DNA from: Octopus sinensis
Taxonomy: Eukaryota
Direction of reading: 5' to 3'
DNA: 64,000 nt
NCBI RefSeq assembly: GCF_006345805.1
Contig: NC_043009.1
Coordinates: 49,786,001 to 49,850,000, forward strand
Positions 53,510-64,000 of the stretch are shown in pieces. The first letter of the stretch is position 1; every line of letters starts with the position of its first letter. The notes below the pieces were generated by a model that saw nothing but the letters and a program-made list of their open reading frames with translations, was not told where the DNA came from and searched no databases. The translations under genes and the position numbers were made by a program.

Positions 53510-54022
53510 CTGAGGAAGTTTACCAGTAAGTAATAGTCTGACAATGAGACCAGAAAAAAGTATTCGCCCCTCGTCTAGTAAATGATATGCAAAATAAATA
53601 TGTGTGGTTAACAAAAATACATTAAAAAAAATAATTAGGAAGCAATAGTTAAAATCAACAGCAGAATTTGCATCCTACCACCTTCATCACCAGTTACAGA
53701 GTAGCTCAACACTATGAAAGAAGCTAGTCAATAGATACAGAAATATATTTTTGTTGACCCTTCTTTTTTTCTGAGGAAGTTTACCAGTAAGTAATAGTCT
53801 GACAATGAGACCAGAAATAAGTATTTGCCCCTCGTCTAGTAAATGATATGCAAAATAAATATGTGTAGTTAACAAAAATACATTTAAAAAAATAATTAGG
53901 GAGCTCTAGTTAAAATCAACAGCAGAATTTGCATCCTACCACCTTCATCACCAGTTACAGAGTAGCTCAACACTATGAAAGAAGCTAGTCAATAGATACA
54001 GGAATATATTTTTGTTGACCCT
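53510..54022. repeat. direct tandem duplication of unique sequence (period 261 bp)
   Basis: 53510-53761 and 53771-54022 are nearly identical. Confidence 0.95.
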
Positions 54023-56102
54023 GAGCTTATTTATTAGTCGTGATCCTTAGCTTATTTATTATTACAGTGTGAAAATGTATGTAGAGATAATCTTAACAAA
54101 ATTTGTTGACAGAGATTATAAGCCATTTCTAACTTACTGGACAGAAAAAGAATAGATAAGTAAATTATGTATCTAAATGGATCTGCTCCAGGTTCTTGCT
54201 ACAGGGCATTTCATCAGTATTTTACAGAAGTGCTCCAAAAAAAGGTATCATGGGAAAATTCTTTCTTCCTTGCACAAACACCATACTATCTCAATTTCTC
54301 TCACATATGCATGCACACCTGCACACATGAAATACTTGCATAAAGTAAATATAGTGCAGAAGCTTTTTGAAGATTATAAAATAGGTGTGTGTGAGGGAGT
54401 GTATACCTACCTTTGAATGCATGTTGTAAGTATTTTATCCACAGATGCATGGACATGTATACATGCATCAGTTGCATTAAAGACTACAAATTGTTTATTT
54501 ATAGATTGCTATGTAGGTAGGTATGTGATATTTGTTGATTTGCAATTTATTTAGATGATATTACATTAATTGGCAAAATTGGAAATATAATATTTATGGA
54601 ATGGGAATTCATTCAGCTAGAAATTAAATATTGCAAGCAATTTTTTTTTTTAAATTACAAAAATAAAATATAATAAAAGACTAGAAATGCTAAAATAAAA
54701 CAATGTTGAAGGCTGCTATTTAATCAGTAATCATTTTGGAAATAACATTTGGTTAGTGTGCGTGTGTTTCTGTGTGTGTATGTGTGTGTATGCATACGTG
54801 TGCGCATGTGTGCGCGCGTGCGAGTATCACAGAGAATAAAATATTTGCCATGTTGAAATATATTTTATGTCTCTCTCAGAACTAAACTGTTCAGAGACAT
54901 CTAATGGAAAAATGATTCCATCTAATAGGAAAAAAATGTTCATGTAGGAATGAAATATTGAAATAGTCTAAATGCATGTAGCAAAATATTGTAGCGAGAG
55001 AGAGAGAAAGAGAGAGAGGGGAAAAGAAAGAGAGAGGGGGAGATAGAAGGAGAGGGGAGAGAGAGAGAGGAAAATGTGATTTACAGAAGATAAATTTTAA
55101 CCCTTTTAACATGGGAAACCATACTTCAACAGGCATAATTGTATGCCATTTCTTTTAAAAGTAGCTGTAGGTGAACTACAAATCTTCCAGATATATATAC
55201 AGAGGCAAATTTTTATACAGAACAGAAGGCAGTGTAGAGCAAGAGAAAGAGCAAGAGAGAGAGATTGAGAGAGAGAAAGATACAGAGAGAGAGAAAGATG
55301 CAGAGAAATTTTGCCATTGGTGGTGGGAGTGGTGTTGTTGATCAGTTAGATTACGATAATAGATGGACAGCAAGTGTCTATTAACAAGAGAAAATATGGA
55401 AGATCAGACAAAAGGACAGTGTCGGATATTATTTAAATTGTATTCCTAGTCACAGCTTGATCTGTAATTAATTGTAGTCAAGTCTGTGTTAATGAAGTAT
55501 GAAGACAACCAGTTACCGAAACTAAACAGATACTGGAAACAAAAGATTTAATTAATATCAGAGAAATTACAACTTGAAATTTAAAAAAAAAATAAAATAA
55601 ATAAACTAGAATAAAATTTTTAAAAAATAATAAAAGGAAAGAAAGCTTTTGTTTCAGATTATAAAATGGCATTGAGTGGGAAGATGCTGCTCTTTACATC
55701 ACTGTTGAATGCATGATGTCTATTCGACATCATGCAAACATTGAAACAACCTAACTTCCATTAATACCAATCTCTTGTGAAGACAGTGTTCTGAAAAAGC
55801 AGCACAGTTATTTAATTGCCAGCCAAAAAAGAAAAATAAGAATCAGAAATCAGATAATGGTGATATCTGTATGTATTTTTTTGTTTTTTAAAATAAATAA
55901 TTAAATAGCCTACTTTGCTAGATGTGTCTGACCAGCAACTGCCAAAGTAGAAACATTTCTTCACTGATCCACAAACTTTATGTAACTTGAGAGAAGAAAC
56001 CAAGAAACTAAATCATTCTATAAATCTACAAATAATTATATCACTACTACGAAAATAGTTTATTCAGATATAAAGGGTAAATTATGCTGAGTGAATTATG
56101 TT

Positions 56103-56515
56103 CATCATCATCATCATCATCATCATCGTTTAATGTCCGTTTTCCGCGCTAGCGCGGGTTGGACGGTTCGACCGGGGTCTGGGAAGCCAGGGGCTGCACC
56201 AGGCTCCAGTCTGATCTGGCAGTGTTTCTACAGCTGGATGCCCTTCCTAACGCCAACCACTCCGCGAGTGTAGTGGGTGCTTTTTACGTCCACCGGCACA
56301 GGTGCCAGGGGAGTCTGGCATCAGCCACGATCGGTTGGTGCTTTTAACGTGCCACCGGTATGGAAGCCAGTCAAGGCGGCGCTGGCATCGGCCATATTCG
56401 GATGGTGCTTTTTATGTGCCACCAGCACAGAAGCCAGTCGAGGCGGTGCTGGCATCGGCCACGTTCGGATGGTGCTTTTTATGTGCCACCAGCACAGAAG
56501 CCAATTGAGGAGCCA
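56103..56515 (-). mobile_element. young RTE 3' UTR fragment with internal 61-67 bp tandem subrepeats
   Basis: CpG-retaining; GTGCTTTT anchor at 56277, 56338, 56405 and 56472. Confidence 0.88.
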
Positions 56516-57253
56516 GTTCTTGAAATAAATTTCAGGAATACTTGTTTACATAGAATATTTTGGTACCATTGTATGGTTAAGAAGTTTGATTTACAAATGT
56601 TTGGTTCTGAATTCAATGACAGTTGTACCAGTGGCATATGGTGGTTGTTGTATTGAGTGTGTTGCTATCAAATTTCAAGCAATGGTATAACAAAAGTTTT
56701 CTATTAAGTTTTGGGATTAAGCTAATGGGTAAGGTTCATATTTATAATGAATTTGTCATTTTCTATGGCTGGACAGAACACACCTGGCACACCTGGAATA
56801 TACACCCCTGTTGTGTGTCACTTTGGGCAAGTGTCTTTTACTATAACACTGAGCATACCTATACCTTTTTGAGTGAAATTTGGTAAATGAAAACTGTGTA
56901 TAAGCTCCTTGTATATGGTGTGTATGTGCATGTGTGTGAGTGCACGTGCATGCACGTCACTGATGTATATTATCAAAGGAAGTAAGTATTAAGGATGAAA
57001 AAAGAAATATCATTTTCATCTTCGCTTTCAGAAAAGCAATGAACCAATGATTGGCTTATTGAAAACAAGTAATTAATGATTTTACTTAGTATTCCTCAAC
57101 TGTGGTATCAGCAATACATAACTAAGCTAACAATGCTTGAGAAATACACTAAGAAATTCAACTTGTTTAGAAACAAATTTTTAAAATAATTTCCAGTGAT
57201 AATATGATCAAACATTTAAATTCCTAAAGGTATACAGACTTAAATATATTTAA

Positions 57254-57473
57254 CCCTTTCGTTACTGTATTTATTTTGAGACGCTCTGTGTTTCTTTCAA
57301 TTATTTTGAATATAACAAAGAATTTAGTAAAATAACTTAGTTATCATTAAGCTAGTGTTAGGAACATAAATTGTGACTAAGGTTTGGTGGAAGATTTTAA
57401 TTCAAAATGTATGAAAACAAGACATTTGTACTCAGAGCCAGAGCCGGTTTCAGCCAGGTTGGTAACAAAAGGG
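57254..57473. mobile_element. piggyBac-type MITE, inverted relative to 9838-10058
   Basis: TTAA at 57250-57253 and 57474-57477; CCCTTT...AAAGGG termini. Confidence 0.85.
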
Positions 57474-58852
57474 TTAAACACATGGCAAATATATGGACTT
57501 ATATACTGAAAATAATATACATATTTTGTTTTCCCTATAAAAAATGATTGATTGATTACTAATTAACATTTCTTTTATCTGTTCAAATCTGTTTAGTATT
57601 AGGAAACAAGCGTACCAGTAATATGCCGAGATTAAACTAATTTATTACATCAGTATTATATCAGTAAATCTGATTGCTTCATTCATCCTGTCAAAGTGGG
57701 TAAAGAAGGAATAGGTATGTTTTCTCCTCAGAAATCGACATTCATGCTTCTTTACATCATTTGAAATGAAACTGCCATTCCACAGAGGACTTTGGTCCAT
57801 TTGTAAAAGAATTATTACCTTCCGACAATATCAAGGAATAAAGAAAAGTGCAGGAGAAGCTGTTTTTACTTTTTATGGAAACACAGCAGTACAAGGTTTG
57901 TAACATGGCATAAAAATATACATCAATGAACGAACAGCAAAGAGTTTCAAAAAACACACACACACACACACACACACAAAAAAAAATTAAGAATGCTTGG
58001 AAATGAAAGAAAAAGGTTTTTATTATCTTCATCATAAATTTCACCACAGCCATTGAAGCAACTAGCTCTAACATCATCATCATCATCTTCACCACCACCA
58101 CCATCACTGTCACCATCACTGTCACCAACAACACCACCAACACCACCACATCATCATCATCACTGTTGTCATCAATATCATTACACAGTTATCGCTAAGC
58201 TCTTTGCTTCAATTATTATTGTTGAATCTTTCATCTTTCTAAGTGATGAAAAACCCAAATGTTATCGCTTATGTTATCTCTTATGTCATAATCAACAAAA
58301 TTTGAAGAACAGAGTCAAATGTCAAGATATGAAACAACTATTGACATATTTTTGGAGGTGCGGCTGGGAAAAACAACAGATCTATCAAATTCTACTTAAA
58401 ATGAAAAGGATGAAATGAGGAAAGAACCTTATTTCATCACTATATATTCATGTACATTTGAGTATGTCAATATATGAGTGTATTGCAATGTAACAAAAAT
58501 TGCATGTATATGTGTGCATGTGTGTGTGTGTGTGTGTGCATGTACATGGTGTGTATATATAGTTATTCATGTATATGCATATTTAATGGTGAAACTGTGT
58601 TGATGCTAGAGAGTATGAATATATATTATCTTAGTGAGTGCATGTGAGTATATGCATGTGTGTGTGTGTGTGTGTGTGTTTATGTACATGTTAGTGAATG
58701 GAAATGCACATTTGTATGAACAGGATGAACAGATAAATATAGGAAAGAGAATACAGAAGTCTTGTTTAAAAGAAACAGAGGAAGCAATTGCTTTTAGAAT
58801 ACTGATTGTTTCACTTCCAATATCAGGTAAAGGAATAAAAGAAACATACTCT

Positions 58853-58891
<39 letters not shown>

Positions 58892-59014
58892 TTCCATTTG
58901 ACACTGGGCTGAAGATAAAGAGAATCTTTATGTAGTCACACAACCTATTAAAAATAGCACCCAAATCAAATGCAAAATAACATAATACAATCTGAAATAA
59001 TGATGATGATGATG

Positions 59015-59072
<58 letters not shown>

Positions 59073-59105
59073 TACATCTCTTAAATATAGAACTGAATAA
59101 TAATG

Positions 59106-59162
<57 letters not shown>

Positions 59163-59806
59163 TGGGTATATTTGACAATGTAGTCTCTGATAATATAAAA
59201 GATGAAATGTTCATGGCTGGAATGCCTTCGATCATATGTCCTTTAGCTGATCAAATTTGACTTGGTGTTAAACAGCGACAACAGCCAAAGAATTTCAAGT
59301 AAATATGGATAAACAATAAAAATCAGTCAGGCTTGGAAGGACTTCATGTTGTTTTTATGCAGAGTATTACTAAAGACTCATCAGAATCAAGTTGTCAAAG
59401 AAAAATTTTATTGGTTAGATTATAAACCAGCAACAATGATTTAATTTCCATTTCTACTTAGAAAAAAAAACAAAAACATATTGGTTTGCCACTGCTTGGC
59501 CAGAGCATACTTGGAGCTAAACAACAACTATAGATGGCCCTTAAAACCCTACTTGATTATAAACAACAACAAAATGAACATGAAAATCTCCTTTGTTGGA
59601 CTCTGCAACTTGCTAACTTTGAAAATATGAATTTTACCTTTTTAGTATTTATGAAGTTTGTTTTAGATCTGTGTAGTTTTGTGTTCCATCCCACTATAAA
59701 GCAATCTCTAGCAAATTTTTTATATACTTCAAGAAAGCAGGTGGAACATAGAATATATCTTTCCTTTTGGGAAAAAATTGACAAAGATGAAGTTTACTCA
59801 TGAATT

Positions 59807-60178
59807 CTTTTATGCTTTTACTTGTTTCAGTCATTTGACTGTAATCATGCTAGAGCACCACCTTAAAGGGTTATAGTCAAAGAAATCAACCCCAGGACTT
59901 GATCTTTGTAAGCCTAGTACTTATACTATTGGTCTCTTTTGCTGAAACACTAGGTTACAGGGACATAAATATACCAGCATCAGTTGTCAAGTGATGGTGA
60001 TGGAGGCACAAAACACATATATACGACAGGCTTCTTTCAGTTTCTGTCTATAGAATCCACTTACAAGGCTTTGATCGGCCTGAGGCTACAGTAAAAGATA
60101 CTTTCCCAAGGTGCCACGCCATGAGACTGAACCTGGAACCATGTGGTTGGGAAGCTAGTTTCTTCCCACACAGCCATG
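59807..60178 (-). mobile_element. SINE family A inserted at or in the Helitron helicase remnant
   Basis: Reverse complement of A, from tail to CACACAGCCATG head. Confidence 0.88.
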
Positions 60179-60179
60179 G

Positions 60180-60770
60180 AACAGAGAGGAACTTAACAAG
60201 GCTGATTTTGTGCTTTGTGTTGGTGAAGGGAGAAAACAACTGAGTTCTGATAGCAAGATTGAACTTTAAAATGATGGTCAAGATTGTATCAAACAAAAGT
60301 GAAGTAATAAACCAAGATTTTGGGAAACTATTGGACCTGGCAAAATTTCTGGTATCCAACAATAACTATTTTGTATCAATTCTGTTGTCAATTCTATAAT
60401 TGAGAAAATTGTCAGCATATTTAATGAAGAAAAAGTATTGATTCCAGCAAGAATAAAGACAATCCGTTATCTAATCAAATCCCTAAATAGCTGTATCTTT
60501 GGAGGAGTGCCCTTCCCCTCATACTGTGACATTGAAAAAGGGGAATGCTGTAATATCTACAAAATTTTAAATAAGGGGAATAGGCTTTGCGATGGAACAA
60601 GATTTTGCATGACTAATTAAAGCAGATTATTATTACAGAACATGAACATTATGGAAAACTAGTCATCGTGCCAAGAATTAAGCTGAAACATTATAACACA
60701 ACTGTCTTATTCGCTTTCATGTGGTGACATCTTCCAGTTCAAATAACTTTCACAATGTTAATCACTGGTC
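60180..60770 (+). mobile_element. Helitron Pif1-type helicase pseudogene fragment
   Basis: Frameshifted motifs ADFVLCVGEGR; SLNSCIFGG; HTVTLKKG; LCDGTRF; GKLVIVPRIKL...LFAFMW*HLPVQITFTMLI. These correspond in order to Helitron LLRIGEG / FLNS / PH.L.LK.G / LCNGTRL / IPRI.L / RRQFPV.LAFAMTINK. Confidence 0.8.
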
Positions 60771-61983
60771 TGTTCTTACCCATTGATATCTATTTATAGA
60801 CAGTTAGTATGTTGCTATATTAGGAACTACACAGAGTACTGCTCTGTTTTACATGTGGGACATTGCCTTCCTCAGCTGTTGGCTGGACATCACAATGATT
60901 TTTAGCACCTTTTGAGAGTACCAATTTGCTCTTGTGGCACCAAACAGCCTTGATGCTATCAAAAAATGTGCAAACCCTTTTTGGCTTACATCATAAACAC
61001 ACAATTACCTTCTTTTCATCCATGCAGCCAATGTTAGAAAAAGTACCCTATATCATGTTGTTGAAGCTTTCCAGTGCTAAAACTTCCTTAGCTTCTATAA
61101 AACCCAGATATTTAACTGAGATAGATTTATGACATTCATGCATATGTTTTGGTATATCATTTATTTCAATAATCACTCATTATTTATCATCATTTAATAC
61201 ATAATAGCCAGGCAATCCATAAAATAAGCACATATTTCTTATTTGAAAAATATCACATATTGAAGAAGTTCTAGAAGAATGATATAGCACTTTCTCTAAA
61301 GTAAATCACTAAAAGTCAGTAGATAATTATAATAATTAGCATATTTTAAAATTTCAAATAAACTTGAACTCAACTTGAAAATGAAAATTTAAATTTGAAA
61401 AGAAAAGAAAATTCATTTTTCAAAATTTCATTTTATAATTCTTTGCTGATTCAAGTTTGGATTTCATATTTTGAACTCCCCCGTCTCTTTAATTTTGGTT
61501 TATACGAAAAACAACTCAACATTTATCAATATATTTCACACTTCAAACAATAAATAAAATTAATAAAAAATATATAAAAGAGAAATAAATAAAATTTGAA
61601 TTGTAATTCTCTGGTTATAACTTATAACTAAGAAGAATTACACTACAATGATAGCATTAATCTAGTCATGTGGAAATATATATCTTTTTAAAAAGATAAT
61701 TTTCAATTCTCAAGTTTAACAAGTGCTATAAAATATTAGATTGTATGTATTTTGGAAGTCATCCATACAAAATATTGTAGTGTCGAATAATATTAATATT
61801 AATAACAATAATAATAGTAATAATAGCAATAGTAATATCCTATTTTCTTTCTCTTTTTTTTTTCGTATTTTCTCTTTTTTTTTTGTATTTATGTATTTAC
61901 TTTATAAGATATTTTAAAAACATAAAACAATGGTTTTATTGTTGCTTCACTACAGTTATCTTTAAAACATTGAGAACACTTAC

Positions 61984-62042
61984 CATTTCTTGGGAAAAGA
62001 CAAACAGAAAATTCCAGTTAAAAAGATTTTTTAAGTACTTAC
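61984..62042 (-). other. candidate recursive splice site with 59-nt RS-exon
   Basis: CTAAC branch, 24-nt U-rich tract, AG|GTAAGT, second donor ATG|GTAAGT 59 nt downstream. Confidence 0.4.
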
Positions 62043-62504
62043 CTAAAAAATAAAAGAAAACAAAATTGAAGTTAGATTTATTGAAAATCAAGACAGAAAA
62101 TAATTTTAAATATAAAATAAAAGTCACATCAAATTAGATTTTATCAGTTGATGACATTTATAAGATTTATTTTCCTTTATTAGAGTTCTCATTGAATTCA
62201 TTTCAATTTAGATAGAATTTACTGAATTGATAAAGGCGGCAAGAAGTGGTCAGTTTATATACATCCTGTCACCACCATTACATTGTAATCAAGACACTTA
62301 ACTATGAAATGGCCATCCACTTACCTGTAGATAGATAAAGTACAGTACAACCAACTACCACTCATGAATGAGTATGGCTTAGTAGCATGTATTTTTTGCT
62401 AATTATTTTGTATGACTACGGAGTTGGAAGCATAGATAACTTTTTTCCCCAACAGCAATCTCCTATTTCCTCCCACCTACTCACTGTGAAACCTACAGAA
62501 CAGC

Positions 62505-62695
62505 CAGGATGTAACAGTTAGAGGAAGAGAAGGGTGCACCAGTACCTGGCTGGTACTCATTCATAGCTGAGTAAACTAAAGCAATATGAAATGAACTGCT
62601 TTGCTCAAGGATGAAAGATATTATCCATTCGCGGAATTGAACCCATAATCTTATGATAATGAGCTGTATACACAAACAACAAAGCTATGCAGCTA
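62505..62695 (-). mobile_element. degenerate SINE family G
   Basis: GGAATTGAACCC reverse B-box; CTGGTACTCATTCATAGCTGAGT body. Confidence 0.5.
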
Positions 62696-62946
62696 ACATA
62701 GCTGAATATTTAATTAGCTTAAAGTGCTGAGACCAACCCCACCAGAAGGCACAGTTTGAAAGAAAAGTTCAGGTTTTAAAGCTATCTTGTTCTGCAGACA
62801 CTACTTGAAGTCTTAGATGACATCTCCTTATGATTCAATATAAAACTGCAGATACAACACCTTTGATTAGACACATACACTAGGAAAACAATAGTATTTA
62901 GTGACAGGTCTTACTTTTCCCTGCTTTTATGTTTTCATTTTATCTT

Positions 62947-63462
62947 GAGGCAATGACAAAAGACCGGGACCTCTGGAGATACACTGTGACTGTGAAGACC
63001 CGACAAATAAAGTGAGTTCACAGCTGTATCCTACATCAGTTTTGCATAACCAGCCCCAGCCCATTCAAAAGTACCTTGGATCATGAGACGACCTGCTGTG
63101 CTTACCTTGGATCGTAGGGCGACCTGCTGTGCTTGAGGAGACCTATTGAGTCAAGTACATCAACATCAAAATAAAAATCAAATGGAAATTGTAGATGTGA
63201 TACCTATGCCGGTGGCACGTAAAAAGGACCATCCGAACAAGGCTGATGCCAGCACCACCTTGACTGGGTTCCATGCCGGTGGCATGTAAAAAGCACCCAC
63301 TACACTCACAGAGTGATTGGTATTAGGAAGGGCATCCAGCTGTAGAAACACTGCCAGATCAGACTGGAGCCTGGTGCAGCCTCCTGGCTTCCCAGATCCT
63401 GGTCGAACCGTCCAACCCATGTTAGCATGGAAAACAGATGTTAAACGATGATGAGGATGATG
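62947..63462 (+). mobile_element. 5'-truncated RTE LINE: last ORF2 codons plus complete 3' UTR
   Basis: EAMTKDRDLWRYTVTVKTRQIK* (DR..WR motif, stop at 63013-63015), 31-bp local duplication, GGAAGGGCATCCAGCTGTAGAAAC, (GAT)n tail. Confidence 0.85.
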
Positions 63463-63467
63463 AGTTA

Positions 63468-63685
63468 CTTGTTGTTGTCTAATTCTAGGTTAACCTTAGA
63501 GGAACAGATCTATGATCACAGACATAGTAGCTATAGTCAACCTTTCTCTTGATTTTCTTTTTTCCAAAATAATATGTCTAGAATTACATTATAAAGTGCA
63601 TCCTTCCTTTAAGATAGCAGTGTGCAATTATGGAGAAGATTTGGCTACTATTTCTAACAGTTTGATCACATAAAGGCTCCCTTGC
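63468..63685 (+). repeat. old interspersed repeat, family D
   Basis: GATCTATGATCA and GAAGATTTGGCTACTATTTCTAACAG motifs. Confidence 0.55.
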
Positions 63686-64000
63686 TTGCTCATCTTTAGT
63701 TTTTTGTCTCATGCAGTAAGAACTATAAATCAACAAGTAATCAATTAAAATCAATGACCCAGTTTCTAGTCTCATCTGAAGCTATTTCACTTATGCCATT
63801 TATGCCTTTAAGAAAACCCTGACATCACATCTTTTCTTTTCTTCATTATTAAACTGAGGCTTCATATGAAAAGAAACCAGTACATTATTCTTTCTTTTTT
63901 TCATTTTTTAAAATCTTATTTACAGATTGAATATTTGAACAATTCCTTCATTAGGGATATTCCACAATGGGTTATTTCTTCTATTAGCTTCAAGAAAATA

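Noticed and set aside
60790-61140. Possible minus-strand RTE C-terminal remnant (CPTC)
   Set aside because: Only scattered residues match; it cannot be supported without an alignment.

Overview
AT-rich, microsatellite-dense eukaryotic DNA that is most likely an intronic or intergenic segment of an Octopus (coleoid cephalopod) genome. This assignment rests on recognising the repeat families and is not verified. No intact protein-coding gene can be demonstrated: nearly all ORF-track entries are translations of (TA)n, (TG)n, (AAT)n, (GAT)n or (GA)n microsatellites. The window is a patchwork of mobile elements. These are several tRNA-derived SINE families (working names A, B, F, G), many 5'-truncated RTE-LINE pieces, a mariner derivative made of two inverted 5' ends, a DD37D (maT-type) transposase remnant, piggyBac- and hAT-type MITEs, a canonical non-autonomous Helitron plus a decayed Helitron helicase, and a Penelope-like terminal fragment carrying a minimal hammerhead-ribozyme motif. 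An old unclassified repeat (D) occurs about a dozen times. The most notable observations are: a textbook recursive-splice-site/RS-exon architecture on the minus strand at about 62 kb; the hammerhead motif; a foldback element enclosing a tRNA-like cassette; and several long inverted repeats that would form dsRNA if transcribed. A few short candidate exons with strong splice signals exist on both strands but cannot be confirmed. Coordinates of degenerate repeats are approximate.
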